From contig CBDBZU010000004.1 in NCBI GenBank assembly GCA_965213625.1, forward strand, positions 3,840,001 through 3,904,000: a stretch of DNA of 64,000 nucleotides, read 5' to 3'. Source of the DNA: a bacterium (lineage in GTDB: Bacteria > UBA8248). Numbering within the stretch: the first letter of the stretch is position 1; each line of letters begins with the position of its first letter. The translations under genes were made by a program, and so were the position numbers. A model generated the notes under the pieces. The model saw only the letters and a program-made list of their open reading frames with translations. It was not told the origin of the DNA and searched no databases. This document shows positions 10,280 to 20,940 of the stretch, one piece after another.

Positions 10280-11251
10280 CTAGTGAGTCGAGGGCATGGT
10301 GCTTTTCAGCATGTCTACGATACGCAGGGCAATCTCCAAAGACCGCAACTCTCTTTCGGGTTCGGAAACAACATCCTGCAACTGTGCCGCTTGCAGGAAA
10401 TGACGCAATTCCAACTTGAGCGGATTGTCTTTATGGACAAACACTCTTTCCACCTGAAATTGTTCGCGGTACTTGAGTTCCTCTCTGGTCAACTGGTGCT
10501 CACTCTTCGCCTGGCGGTGAATCCTGAGCTCCTGGTCCGCATAATCGAGCGTAATGAACGCGTCCGGTTGCGAGACGGAAAGCGTCCTGATCTTGTTCTG
10601 CGTCACCCGGCTTGCAGTAAGGTTCGCCACACACCCACCTGCAAAACCAATCTGCACGTTCGCCACGTCATCCCTATCCGAGAGAACGCTCGCGCCGGTA
10701 GCCGAGAGCAAATCAATCTCCTCGTCCACCAACCTTAACACGATGTCGAGATCGTGAATCATCAAGTCGAGCACGACGCCGTCTTCCTTCACTCTCGGCG
10801 AGAAGGGACCCAGCCTGCGGCATTCAATCAGGGTGGGCGCATCCAAAATGTTACCCAACTCCTGAACGGCTCCGTTGAACCGCTCCACATGGCCAATGTG
10901 AAGCACCAGATTATTTCTGGTTGCCAGGTCGAACAGTTCCCGAGCTTCCTCCATCGTTGTACAGATGGGCTTTTCCACCAAAGCATGTATGCCATTTTCG
11001 AGAAAAATCCGGGACACTTCAAAATGCTGCAAGGTGGGAACTGCGATGGTAACCGCATCTACCCGACCAATCAGGTCGGCGGGGTCCGAAAACGCCTCCG
11101 CCCCGTATCTATCGGCCAATTCCCGGGCACGGTCTGGCACCAAATCACAAACAGCCACCAGATTCGCGTCCAAAAGTTCGGAAAGCGCGGCTACATGGTA
11201 ACTCCCCATATGGCCGACACCGACGACGCCAACACGCAGGGAATCCAGCAT
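10280..11251 (-). CDS. gnnA: Gfo/Idh/MocA oxidoreductase, probable UDP-GlcNAc 3-dehydrogenase (GnnA-like)
   Basis: Motifs GVGHMG, EKP, GHVERFN and DLMIHDLD; position directly after lpxA matches known gnnA loci. Confidence 0.7.
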   Translation of the reverse strand: MLDSLRVGVVGVGHMGSYHVAALSELLDANLVAVCDLVPDRARELADRYGAEAFSDPADLIGRVDAVTIAVPTLQHFEVSRIFLENGIHALVEKPICTTMEEARELFDLATRNNLVLHIGHVERFNGAVQELGNILDAPTLIECRRLGPFSPRVKEDGVVLDLMIHDLDIVLRLVDEEIDLLSATGASVLSDRDDVANVQIGFAGGCVANLTASRVTQNKIRTLSVSQPDAFITLDYADQELRIHRQAKSEHQLTREELKYREQFQVERVFVHKDNPLKLELRHFLQAAQLQDVVSEPERELRSLEIALRIVDMLKSTMPSTH

Positions 11252-11280
11252 GGGCTTTTAACCTCTTAAAAAACCTACCC

Positions 11281-12063
11281 TTATACGCGGCCTTGATATA
11301 TGCCATTCTTCGAACTGCGCACGAATTCTACCACGGAACGGATTTCCGCTCCTAACGACGCATCCGCTTCTATTTTCTCTATTTTCTGCGCCATCGTACC
11401 CGCCTCGTTGAACAGGATTCCATACGCTCTTTTTATCTGCGCTCTTACATCAGCCGAAACGCCCCTCCTGCGCAAGCCGACTACATTCAGCCCCACCACG
11501 CGAAAAGGAGCACCCGCCATCTTGACGAACGGAGGCACATCTTTCCTCACCGCGATGGGACCCACCAGTATCGCCCCCTCCCCAACTCTCATACGCTGAT
11601 GTACGCCGATGAAGTTGGAGATGAAGCAGTTGTTTCCGACTTCCACATGCCCTCCCAAAGAGCAATGGTTCACCAGAATGACCTCTTCGCCCACGCGGCA
11701 ATCATGGCCCACATGCGCGCCGACCATGACGTAGCACTTTCCTCCGATTACCGTATTCTGACCCGAGTACATCGACCGATGGATTGTCGCCGTCTCGCGG
11801 ATAATCGTACCCGCTCCGATCTCAACCCCGCCTGAATCCGACTGCAAATCAACAACCTGCGCTTCCAAACCGATGACGGCATTCGGAAAAATCCGGCACC
11901 CCTCTCCGATAACGGCAGGACCCTGGATGGTTGCGTTCTGTCCGATTTCGCATCCGTCTCGAAGAATCACATCGGCGCCTACAAAAGCGCCCGGGCCGAT
12001 TTTCAAATCCTGCCCGAGTTGCGCTTCGGCGTGAATATATGAAGTGGGGGCTATGTCGTTCAA
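11281..12063 (-). CDS. lpxA: UDP-N-acetylglucosamine acyltransferase
   Basis: Hexapeptide repeats plus IRE..TIHR, HVGHDC, DVPPF and GLNVVGLRRRG. Confidence 0.95.
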   Translation of the reverse strand: MNDIAPTSYIHAEAQLGQDLKIGPGAFVGADVILRDGCEIGQNATIQGPAVIGEGCRIFPNAVIGLEAQVVDLQSDSGGVEIGAGTIIRETATIHRSMYSGQNTVIGGKCYVMVGAHVGHDCRVGEEVILVNHCSLGGHVEVGNNCFISNFIGVHQRMRVGEGAILVGPIAVRKDVPPFVKMAGAPFRVVGLNVVGLRRRGVSADVRAQIKRAYGILFNEAGTMAQKIEKIEADASLGAEIRSVVEFVRSSKNGIYQGRV

Positions 12064-12506
12064 TTTTTATCTTGACGGGGAGTGGCGTAAGCAGTGAAAA
12101 CACCTTCGGCGGCTATCTGACCCCCTGCAAATGCCCGCCCTTCGAACTTCCACAAAGTCCTTCTGTTTTTCAGGAGTTTAGCGTGCAACTCCAATAAATC
12201 GCCGGGAACGACAGGACGCCTGAATTTCACCTGCTCGATGCCCGTGAAGAAAAATTCCGCCTCGGGTTCGACCAATTTCAACTCGAACAGGCAAATCAAA
12301 CCGGTCTGCGCCAACGCTTCGATAATCAATACGCCCGGCATGATGGGGTTGCCAGGAAAATGCCCCCTGAAAAAAGGTTCATCGATCGAGATTATTTTCT
12401 GGGCTACGACAGAATTTTCTTCCTTGTCGATTGCAGTTACCTGATCCACGAAAAGAAACGGCTCTCTATGCGGGATTAACTCCTGAATCCGCTGATTATC
12501 TATCAT
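12060..12506 (-). CDS. fabZ: 3-hydroxyacyl-ACP dehydratase
   Basis: Motifs [11 protein letters not shown] and [20 protein letters not shown]. Confidence 0.96.
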   Translation of the reverse strand: MIDNQRIQELIPHREPFLFVDQVTAIDKEENSVVAQKIISIDEPFFRGHFPGNPIMPGVLIIEALAQTGLICLFELKLVEPEAEFFFTGIEQVKFRRPVVPGDLLELHAKLLKNRRTLWKFEGRAFAGGQIAAEGVFTAYATPRQDKN

Positions 12507-13510
12507 GATTCCAGTTTACCAATCCTTCTTTCGAGTTGATTTACTCTTTTCGATAGCCTCGGCAAATTCCTCAAAACCGCAATTCGCCTCCGCGCATCGC
12601 GAATTTCCGTCGCCGGATGGTGCATATATACTTTCCCGCCCTCGAGGCTCGTCAGCACGCCGGTATTCGCACCCAGCTTGGCGTTATCACCAATTTCGAC
12701 ATGATCCGCCACCCCGACACGGCCACCCATCATGACGCCCCGTCCTATCGTCACACTACCCGCAATGCCAACATGACCCGCTAGTATGCAACCTTCCCCA
12801 ATCACGACGTTGTGCGCTATTTGGACCTGGTTGTCGATTTTCGTGCCTCGGCCGATTCTCGTTTCCGTGAGCGTGGCCCGATCAATCGTGGTGTTCGCCC
12901 CGATTTCCACATCATCCTCGATGACGACCGTGCCCGTCTGCGGATATTTGAAAACACCACCCTCTTCATCGGGAATATATCCAAACCCGTCCGACCCTAC
13001 GACGACTCCCGCATGGAGGGTCACTCGCGCTCCGATTTCCACATCGGCGTACAAAACACAATTCGGATGCACGAAACACCCCGAACCAATTTTTACATTT
13101 TCGCCGACGTGCACACCCGCCCCGATATATGAACCATCGCCCAGCACAACACCACCGGCGAGAGACGCGAACGGACCTACATATACACCGTCTCCCAGGC
13201 GAGCCGTATCGGAAATTCTGGCGTCGTCATCAATTTCCGGCTGAAATTTTCGAGGGGGGCGAAACAGCGATACCGCGCGAGCAAAAAACAAGCGGGGGTT
13301 TTGGGTTGCAATAGAAGGGCGGTCTGTTTCCAACCCCCGTGGGACGATTAGCGCACCGGCATCCGTATGCGTGGCAAACTTTTTCGCAGAATCCACATAA
13401 CTCAAATCGTTTGGCGAAGCCTTTTCATACTCTGCCACATCTTGTAAGTCTACGTTCCCGTTACCGATCAAATCTCCGCCAAGCAGATTAACGATATCTG
13501 CGAGAAGCAT
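12503..13510 (-). CDS. lpxD: UDP-3-O-acyl-glucosamine N-acyltransferase
   Basis: Motifs [18 protein letters not shown] and [13 protein letters not shown]. Confidence 0.96.
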   Translation of the reverse strand: MLLADIVNLLGGDLIGNGNVDLQDVAEYEKASPNDLSYVDSAKKFATHTDAGALIVPRGLETDRPSIATQNPRLFFARAVSLFRPPRKFQPEIDDDARISDTARLGDGVYVGPFASLAGGVVLGDGSYIGAGVHVGENVKIGSGCFVHPNCVLYADVEIGARVTLHAGVVVGSDGFGYIPDEEGGVFKYPQTGTVVIEDDVEIGANTTIDRATLTETRIGRGTKIDNQVQIAHNVVIGEGCILAGHVGIAGSVTIGRGVMMGGRVGVADHVEIGDNAKLGANTGVLTSLEGGKVYMHHPATEIRDARRRIAVLRNLPRLSKRVNQLERRIGKLES

Positions 13511-13511
13511 T

Positions 13512-14090
13512 TTATTTCTTCTTCTGGTCGTATAGCTTGATCACCCTCTCGGTCAGATCCACTTTGGGGTTGCGAAACAAGACTCCGCCAGAGGCGCTGT
13601 CTACAATGACGTCCAGACCTTCTTGTTTACCTATTTCCTCAACGATGACACGTACTTCTTTCAAAACATTCTCTGTGGCTACTCTTCCGCGATCCTGAAG
13701 GTCTCGCTCGCTTTCTCGAACCAACCGTCTCAGATTGTCGTTTTCGCGCGCAAATTCCCTTCTCTGGGACCTCAATTCAAATGCCTTGCGCTCTTTCTCT
13801 TCCTGGCGCCAAATAGCGCTTTTCTGGTCAATCTCCAATTGCAATTCCCGCACCTTATTCGCAATCTTGGTTAAATCTGCACGCCTCTTTTGAATCGTGG
13901 TTTGGAGCCTCTTTTTCTCCCTTTCCAAAAACGACTTCGCGGTCCGCCCGCCTTTTGAAGCCTGTAATACGCGCTGAATGTTGACAACCCCATATTTCGC
14001 GCCGGCCGATTCCACATCACTGGCATGTGCAAATACGAAAAATATCGATGGTAGTAAAACCAATAGCCAAAAACGCCTCACACCAAACAT
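13512..14090 (-). CDS. skp: Periplasmic chaperone Skp/OmpH
   Basis: Signal peptide, GVVNIQRVL, long coiled coil and DLTERVI; lies between bamA and lpxD. Confidence 0.85.
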   Translation of the reverse strand: MFGVRRFWLLVLLPSIFFVFAHASDVESAGAKYGVVNIQRVLQASKGGRTAKSFLEREKKRLQTTIQKRRADLTKIANKVRELQLEIDQKSAIWRQEEKERKAFELRSQRREFARENDNLRRLVRESERDLQDRGRVATENVLKEVRVIVEEIGKQEGLDVIVDSASGGVLFRNPKVDLTERVIKLYDQKKK

Positions 14091-14125
14091 CCTCCACCCA
14101 TTTGCTAATAACGACTCAAATACCG

Positions 14126-16441
14126 TTAAAACGCAGCCCCAATTCCTAAATGCGCCTCTCTACTACGCTCGTTCTCTTTTTTATCCAGCTTGTATCCAAT
14201 ATCAAGCCGCATGGGGCCGATTGGCGTGATGATGCGTAAACCGACTCCAGCGCCGTAACGCAAATCTCCCAAATCCAACGCGTTATCCTCGTCCCAGATG
14301 TTCCCCATATCAATAAAGGCTGCAACCTGGGTCGGCCCGATGAAAGGATGCGTTAATTCAATTGAGGCGACCGCGGCGGAGAATCCACCTATGGCTTCGC
14401 CCTGCAGATCTTTCGGTCCCAAATCACTGGAAGTGAATCCCCGAACTGTGTACTTTCTCGTGGCGTACAAGCGACGGAACGCGGGCACTTCGCCCTTGAG
14501 CGAGTCTACGTAGCGGACATTACCCCTCAAATTCAAAATCAAATCTCGCAAAAAGCGGACCCGGAAACGCTCCCCGATATTATAGTATTGCCTGAATTCC
14601 GCTTCTGTGGAGAAAACATCGACATTTCCACCTAAAATTGAGGTAGAAATTGTGGCGCTAACACTCCAGTACGTACCATCCGTAGGGAAAATCGGTCTGT
14701 TCAGGCTATCGTAGACTAACCTTGGAATAATGCTGCTCTCGAGAAAAGTTTCTCCTTCCTGCTCAAGAATCGTAGTTATCGCCGTGTCGGAAACATCGCT
14801 GATTTGCGATTCTGCGATTTCATAAGAGATGAAAGCTCTCAAAAATTCCTGAAATTCCTTCCCGACCGTGATGCGGCCGCCCTGTCTCTCGTTGTCGAAA
14901 GTTTCATATTCCTGATCGACGAAAAAGAGGCTTCCCCCAAGAGAGTAGCCGGAGTCCCGGAAACTGGGATCGAAGTATTCCGCAACCAGATCAAAACGAT
15001 CGGAAGAAATTCTGGTGAATAATGAACCCACCAAACCCTTGCCGAACAAATTCGCTTCTCTCAATTCACCTTGCCCGTAAACGCCCTCGTCGCTGTTGAT
15101 GCCGATGCCGCCCGTGATAGAGCCGGTTGGTTTCTCCTTCACCTCAATTTCAATATCGAGTATTTCATCGTTCCCGGGGCGTCGTTTTTCAACGACTTTC
15201 ACCGTTTCGAAATAGTTCTTCCGAACGAGACGCAGACGCGTCAAATCCAAACCTTTCTTGCTATAAAGCGACCCCTCGATAACCCGGACATCCCGGCGAA
15301 TCACATTCTCGCGAGTACGAGTGTTGCCTTTTACCCCTACTTTTCCAATGTATACTCTTCGTCCTTTGTTGATTCGAACCGTTATGTCGATCGTCTTTTT
15401 CTTATCGTCAGTTTTCGTAAAACTATTGACGTCCACGAACGCATATCCACGGTCTGAAAATTGATTCGTTATCACTTGCACATCGGAGATTAAGCGGGTT
15501 TTGTTAAAAACATCGCCCACAAAAAGACGCATCTCCTCCCTGATCTCATCCAGGGGTATGACATCCTCTCCACCGCGTATATCAATTTTTGCAATTCTGT
15601 ACCGCAAACCCTCGCTGATAGGTATCGTGATATCTATCCGGCCTCTACCACGATCTTCACGGATGCCGGGCTGCCCGACCTGAACTTTTGCGTACCCGCG
15701 ACTCTCATACAATAAGCGAATCCGCACCAGATCTTTTTGCATTTCCTCTTCGTTGAATATCCCCGAACTGGTAAGAAAAGAGAAAAAGCCCTTTTCGCTG
15801 GTCTCCATGGCCTTGAGCAAATCTCTCCTGGAGACGTTCTCGTTGCCTTTGAAATTAATCGAGCCGATGCTGACAGTTTCACCTTCATCTATCACGATCG
15901 TGACAGCGACGGTGTTCTGGCCGCTTTCTTTCAAAACGGCTTCTATGCGAGCGAAATAATAGCCGCTCTCCTGGTAGAGTTTTCGGATGTTGCGGACAGT
16001 TTCTTTGACGATGGATTCGTTGACGATGGTCTGAACCTTGACCGTGACGTGTTCGCGGATTTTCTCCAGATCCAGATTGCTGTTTCCAATGATTTCAATC
16101 TGGTTGATCGTGGGCTTTTCACTGAGCTGAAAAATCACGCGGAGCCCGCCTTCCAGAGACTCCACCTCAACTTTCACATCCCGGAAAAATCCCAGTTTGT
16201 ATATGGCCCGGACATCCTCCCGGATTTGACGGACCAATTCCGTGTTGGTGTAGTTTTGCCCTTCTTTGAGCTTCACGTAGAAAAGGACGGTGGAGCGATC
16301 GACCCGGCGATTTCCTTTGACTTCAATGCCGCGCAACGTGATGGCCGGTGAAGCCGACTGCCCTGCCGACTCATGCGAAACGGCAAAAAGAAACACGGCG
16401 GCCATGACGGCGCAAGTCAACACCTTCGCCGTACAACTCAT
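14126..16441 (-). CDS. bamA: Outer membrane protein assembly factor BamA
   Basis: POTRA repeats (I.V.GN), VRGF motif, TPIGPMRLD and C-terminal Phe. Start is 16441 or 16510. Confidence 0.95.
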   Translation of the reverse strand: MSCTAKVLTCAVMAAVFLFAVSHESAGQSASPAITLRGIEVKGNRRVDRSTVLFYVKLKEGQNYTNTELVRQIREDVRAIYKLGFFRDVKVEVESLEGGLRVIFQLSEKPTINQIEIIGNSNLDLEKIREHVTVKVQTIVNESIVKETVRNIRKLYQESGYYFARIEAVLKESGQNTVAVTIVIDEGETVSIGSINFKGNENVSRRDLLKAMETSEKGFFSFLTSSGIFNEEEMQKDLVRIRLLYESRGYAKVQVGQPGIREDRGRGRIDITIPISEGLRYRIAKIDIRGGEDVIPLDEIREEMRLFVGDVFNKTRLISDVQVITNQFSDRGYAFVDVNSFTKTDDKKKTIDITVRINKGRRVYIGKVGVKGNTRTRENVIRRDVRVIEGSLYSKKGLDLTRLRLVRKNYFETVKVVEKRRPGNDEILDIEIEVKEKPTGSITGGIGINSDEGVYGQGELREANLFGKGLVGSLFTRISSDRFDLVAEYFDPSFRDSGYSLGGSLFFVDQEYETFDNERQGGRITVGKEFQEFLRAFISYEIAESQISDVSDTAITTILEQEGETFLESSIIPRLVYDSLNRPIFPTDGTYWSVSATISTSILGGNVDVFSTEAEFRQYYNIGERFRVRFLRDLILNLRGNVRYVDSLKGEVPAFRRLYATRKYTVRGFTSSDLGPKDLQGEAIGGFSAAVASIELTHPFIGPTQVAAFIDMGNIWDEDNALDLGDLRYGAGVGLRIITPIGPMRLDIGYKLDKKENERSREAHLGIGAAF

Positions 16442-16493
16442 AAGACCACCCCCCGAGCAAGAAGGGGAAACGAGTTTCAGTTTTTCGGTGAAG

Positions 16494-18938
16494 CTATAGA
16501 TCTTGGACACTGAGCACTTCCGTGTCTTCTTTCAGTTCGAATACAAGTTCATCCCCAGCCAGCTTCGCCAGGATCGTTCCCCCATCCTGGAATTTGCCGT
16601 GCAACATTTCTTCGCTGAGGGTGTCTTCGATGTGTCGTTGGATGACGCGGCGCAGCGGCCTTGCGCCATAGGCCGGCTCGAACCCCTGCTGGGCAAGCCA
16701 GTCTTTGGCTTCATCGGTCAACTCAATCACCATTTCTTTTTCACTCAGCGTCTCATTGACCTTGGCGAGTTCGATATCCACGATCTTGAGGATGTCCTCA
16801 TGGGTTAACGGCCGGAAAATGATGACGTCGTCAATCCGGTTCAAAAACTCAGGATTGAATGTGCGCTTGAGTTCATCGCGAATGCTGTCCTTCATTTTGT
16901 CGAAGCCGAGGCCCGTGTCCGCTTTCTGGAAGCCGAGGGAGGTGCCCTTCTCGATGGAGCGAGCCGCCAGATTCGAAGTCATGATGATGATGGTGTTCTT
17001 GAAGTCGATGTTGCGACCATAGCTGTCCGTGAGCAGACCGTCGTCCATCACTTGCAGCAAGACATGGTAGACATCCGGGTGCGCTTTCTCGATTTCATCG
17101 AGCAATACGACGGAATAAGGTTTTCTGCGAACGCGCTCCGTGAGCTGTCCCCCCTCCTCGTAGCCGACGTATCCCGGAGGCGCTCCGGTGAGGCGGGAGA
17201 CGTTGAACCGCTCCATGTACTCACTCATGTCAATCCGAATGAGAGAGTTCGGGTCGCCGAACATGAACTGGGCGAGCATTCTGGCCATCTCGGTCTTGCC
17301 CACGCCCGTGGGGCCGAGAAACAAGAAACTGCCGATCGGCCTCTTCGGCCCTTTCAGGCCCGCCCGCGCACGGCGAACCGCCTTCGTCAGGGCGCGCGTG
17401 GATTCTTCTTGCCCAATGATGTGGCTGTTCAACTCCTCTTCCATCCCGAGAAGACGCTCGTTCTCCACTTCCCCGATACGCTGCAGCGGAATCCCGGTCA
17501 TTCGGCTGACCACGTACGCCACATCATCTTCGGTTACATACGGTTCTTCATCCGTTTGATCCGCCTCCCACTCCGACTTGAGCTCGTCAAGCCTGCTCCT
17601 GTCCTGCTCCTCCAGGTCGCGCAACTCGACGGCCTTCTCAAAATCCTGTTTCTCGATCATGTCTTTTTTCGTGCGAACCGTCTCTTCAATTTGGCGCTGA
17701 AGATCCCGAATATTAGTCGGGAAGGTTTCTTTTTCGAGGCGAACCTTGCTGCACGCCTCGTCAATGACGTCTATCGCCTTATCCGGCAAGAAACGATCCG
17801 ACACGTATTGGGACGACAGGCGAACAGCGGAGACAAGCGCATCGTCCGTCAACTGCGCGCGATGGTGTTTCTCGTATTTATCTCTCAGACCCTTCAGGAT
17901 ACTCACCGTATCATCCACGGACGGCGGGTCCACCATTACGGACTGGAATCGCCGCTCCAGAGCGCCGTTTTTCTCGATGTACTTTCGGTACTCATCCAAC
18001 GTGGTGGCGCCGATGCACTGAACCTCGCCGCGGCTGAGCGCGGGCTTCAACATGTTCGAAGCATCAATGGAGCCTTCCGCCGCGCCGGCGCCTACCAAAG
18101 TATGCAACTCATCGATGAAGATAATCACATCCTGACTTTGCGTGATTTCCTTCATGATGGCTTTCAGGCGCGCCTCGAATTGTCCACGGTATTTCGTTCC
18201 CGCGACCAAAGCACCCAGATCGAGCTGGACCACCCGCTTGTTGTACAAAATCTGGGGAACTTCTTTCGAGATGATCGATTGGGCCAGCCCCTCGACTATC
18301 GCAGTCTTCCCGACGCCGGGCTCGCCAATCAAAACGGGGTTGTTTTTCGTTCTGCGGGCGAGAATCTGGATGACCCGCTCGATTTCCTGTTCACGCCCGA
18401 TGACGGGATCGAGTTTCCCCTCATCGGCGAACTCCGTGAGGTCGCGACCGAACTCATCGAGCGCGGGCGTCTTGCTCTTCTCGCGAGAGCGCGCCGCCAC
18501 AGGCTCCCTGAGGAGGTTGATGGTCTGCTCGCGCGTCTGCTGGAGCTTCACGCCGAAACTAGCCAGTATTTTCGCCGCCAACCCGTCTTTCTCCCGGACA
18601 ATACCCAACAACAGATGTTCGGTGCCGATGTAATTGTGGCCCATCAGGCGGGCTTCTTCGACGGCGTATTCAAGCACTTTTTTCGCTTTGGGCGTAAACG
18701 GAATATCCCCTTCCACGGGGCCGCTCAAACTCTTGGGCAAATTACGTTCAAGCTCCAGACGAAGCTGTTTGGGGTCGACCCCCAGCTTCTGCAAAACAGC
18801 GATGGCGATTCCACCCCCGTCCTTCAGCACACCAAGCAGTATGTGTTCGGTTCCCAGATATTCGTGTCGGTAGTGCTCCGCCTCTTCTCTGGCCAATATA
18901 ATGACTTTACGGGCACGCTCGGTGAATCGCTTGAACAT
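16494..18938 (-). CDS. clpC: ATP-dependent Clp protease ATPase subunit ClpC
   Basis: [12 protein letters not shown] Clp-N repeats, two AAA+ modules ([16 protein letters not shown]), UVR-like middle domain and LGF ClpP loop. Confidence 0.93.
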   Translation of the reverse strand: MFKRFTERARKVIILAREEAEHYRHEYLGTEHILLGVLKDGGGIAIAVLQKLGVDPKQLRLELERNLPKSLSGPVEGDIPFTPKAKKVLEYAVEEARLMGHNYIGTEHLLLGIVREKDGLAAKILASFGVKLQQTREQTINLLREPVAARSREKSKTPALDEFGRDLTEFADEGKLDPVIGREQEIERVIQILARRTKNNPVLIGEPGVGKTAIVEGLAQSIISKEVPQILYNKRVVQLDLGALVAGTKYRGQFEARLKAIMKEITQSQDVIIFIDELHTLVGAGAAEGSIDASNMLKPALSRGEVQCIGATTLDEYRKYIEKNGALERRFQSVMVDPPSVDDTVSILKGLRDKYEKHHRAQLTDDALVSAVRLSSQYVSDRFLPDKAIDVIDEACSKVRLEKETFPTNIRDLQRQIEETVRTKKDMIEKQDFEKAVELRDLEEQDRSRLDELKSEWEADQTDEEPYVTEDDVAYVVSRMTGIPLQRIGEVENERLLGMEEELNSHIIGQEESTRALTKAVRRARAGLKGPKRPIGSFLFLGPTGVGKTEMARMLAQFMFGDPNSLIRIDMSEYMERFNVSRLTGAPPGYVGYEEGGQLTERVRRKPYSVVLLDEIEKAHPDVYHVLLQVMDDGLLTDSYGRNIDFKNTIIIMTSNLAARSIEKGTSLGFQKADTGLGFDKMKDSIRDELKRTFNPEFLNRIDDVIIFRPLTHEDILKIVDIELAKVNETLSEKEMVIELTDEAKDWLAQQGFEPAYGARPLRRVIQRHIEDTLSEEMLHGKFQDGGTILAKLAGDELVFELKEDTEVLSVQDL

Positions 18939-18948
18939 ACGGCCCTCC

Positions 18949-19683
18949 TTACTTTTTTTGAGCTATTTTTCCATCCACCACGGCGATCACACGATCCATC
19001 TTTTCCGCCATCGAACTGTTGTGCGTCGCCACCAAAATTGTTTGTCTGTTTCTTTCGTTAATCTCACGAAGCAATTCGAAAATCGTTTCCGCAGTCGATG
19101 AATCCAGATTCCCGGTCGGTTCATCCGCGAGAACTATAGAAGGATTGTTAATTAACGCGCGGGCAATAGCAACCCTTTGCTGCTCTCCACCGGAGAGTTC
19201 TCCAGGTCGATGATTCCACCTGTCGGCCAAGCCCATCCGGTTTAACAATTCCTTCGCCTGTTCCTCCACCTCTTTTTTGCGGGCGCCGCGAAGCATCCCG
19301 GGTATCATAACATTTTCCAGCCCGGAAAACTCCGGCAACAAGTGATGAAACTGGAATACAAAACCCACATGCTGATTTCTCAGACGAGCCAATTCGGCTT
19401 CCGAGCGATCAGAGAGGCTTTTGCCCTCCAGAATCACTTCGCCTTTCGTCGGCCTGTCGAGTGCTCCCAAAAGATGGAGCAAAGTGGTTTTCCCCGCTCC
19501 GGAGACCCCCATGATGGCCATCATTTCGCCATGCTCGACTTCGAGATCGACTCCGCTCAGAGCCATCACTTCGCCACTGCCCATGGCGTATGATTTTTCC
19601 AGACCCCTGGTGACGATGACATGCGTCGACACGTCTTTTGGGGCAGCAGATTCGCTCATCTCCAATGTGCCCGAATCAACCAT
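18949..19683 (-). CDS. lolD: Lipoprotein-releasing ABC ATPase
   Basis: Motifs GVSGAGKT, FQFHHLLPEF, LSGGEQQR and ADEPTGNLD. Confidence 0.92.
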   Translation of the reverse strand: MVDSGTLEMSESAAPKDVSTHVIVTRGLEKSYAMGSGEVMALSGVDLEVEHGEMMAIMGVSGAGKTTLLHLLGALDRPTKGEVILEGKSLSDRSEAELARLRNQHVGFVFQFHHLLPEFSGLENVMIPGMLRGARKKEVEEQAKELLNRMGLADRWNHRPGELSGGEQQRVAIARALINNPSIVLADEPTGNLDSSTAETIFELLREINERNRQTILVATHNSSMAEKMDRVIAVVDGKIAQKK

Positions 19684-20938
19684 AACGGAGATTTTCTACC
19701 GGATCGACGCGAGAAGCCCGCCACGCTGGATAAAGTGTCGCCGCCAAACAGATAATAAAAGCAACAACTGCAGTAACAGAGACATCTAATGGCGTCATCT
19801 GCACCGGTAATTTCTCTATATGGTAAACGCTGGGCGGTAGTATGTCCAGACCAAAGGCGCGTTCTAAAAAATCCTCAACGTAATGGAGATTCCACCCCAG
19901 AACGAGGCCACCACCCGTCCCCAAAACAGCGCCCAGCAGGCCTATGAAAGCGCCTTGAACGAAAAATATCCTCAGAATTGCGCCGCTCGTGGCCCCCATC
20001 GACTTCAAGATCGCGATTTCGCGCCCTTTTTCCATCACCACCATGACCAACGAGCCTATGATGTTGAATGCGGCCACAACCACGACGAGAAGAAGAAGGA
20101 TGGTGAGCGTGGTTTTTTCCGTTTTTAACGCGGAAAACAGGTTGCGATTCATTTCCTGCCAGGAACGCGACAAATATTTCTCCGAGAGAGCGCCCTTGAT
20201 TTTGCGGGAAATGCGCTCGGCCGAGAAAATGTCCTTCACGCGCAAATGCACCCCCGTCACGGATTTGCCGAATCCAAAGAATGCCTGGCTCTCTTTCATC
20301 GAGATAAACGAGAGGCCGGCATCGTACTGATAAAAGCCGCTGCGGAAGATTCCCACCACCTGAAATTTTTTTGTCCGCGGAACCAGACCCATAGGCGTAA
20401 CCACCCCCACGGGGCTGACCATCAACACCGTATCACCCTCTTTGAGGAACAGGTTCTTCGCGAGTTCCGCCCCGATGATTATGCCGGGCTTGCCCGCGCC
20501 ATTCTTTCCCAAAACCTTTTTCAACGAGCCCTCCGGCAAATATCTTTTGATGTCCGTCACGTCGATTTCCCGATCTGGCACGATCCCGCGAACCACCGCA
20601 CCCAACACGCGGTTCTTGAACGAGAACATCGCCTGTCCATAAACAAAAGGACTCGCCGCCACCACACCCTCATGATTGCGCGCCTTTTCTAGGACATCCC
20701 GCCATTCGCGCATCAGGGAAGCGCCTGATCTCGTGATGACGATATGACTCTGCGTGCCCAGTATCTTGTCGCGAAATTCCCGCTGAAACCCGGTCATGAC
20801 TCCCACGACGACGATGAGGGTGGCGACGCCCAGCGCGATGCCCAACACGGATATCCAGGTCGTGAGCGAGACGAAGGCGAGTTTGCTCCGCGAGCGCAAA
20901 TGCCTGAAGCCGATGAACAGTTCCGTGGATACAGACAT
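19676..20938 (-). CDS. lolE: Lipoprotein-releasing ABC permease (LolC/E family, single copy here)
   Basis: Motifs GIALGVATLIVV..VMTGF, EKGREIAILKSMGA and ATLYPAWRAS. Confidence 0.88.
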   Translation of the reverse strand: MSVSTELFIGFRHLRSRSKLAFVSLTTWISVLGIALGVATLIVVVGVMTGFQREFRDKILGTQSHIVITRSGASLMREWRDVLEKARNHEGVVAASPFVYGQAMFSFKNRVLGAVVRGIVPDREIDVTDIKRYLPEGSLKKVLGKNGAGKPGIIIGAELAKNLFLKEGDTVLMVSPVGVVTPMGLVPRTKKFQVVGIFRSGFYQYDAGLSFISMKESQAFFGFGKSVTGVHLRVKDIFSAERISRKIKGALSEKYLSRSWQEMNRNLFSALKTEKTTLTILLLLVVVVAAFNIIGSLVMVVMEKGREIAILKSMGATSGAILRIFFVQGAFIGLLGAVLGTGGGLVLGWNLHYVEDFLERAFGLDILPPSVYHIEKLPVQMTPLDVSVTAVVAFIICLAATLYPAWRASRVDPVENLRYG

Positions 20939-20940
20939 GT

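Noticed and set aside
17052-19061. 669-aa plus-strand ORF, and similar long antisense ORFs over lysS/prfB, uvrC, mrcA and plsX
   Set aside because: These are shadow frames opposite well-conserved genes in GC-rich DNA, with no recognisable motifs.
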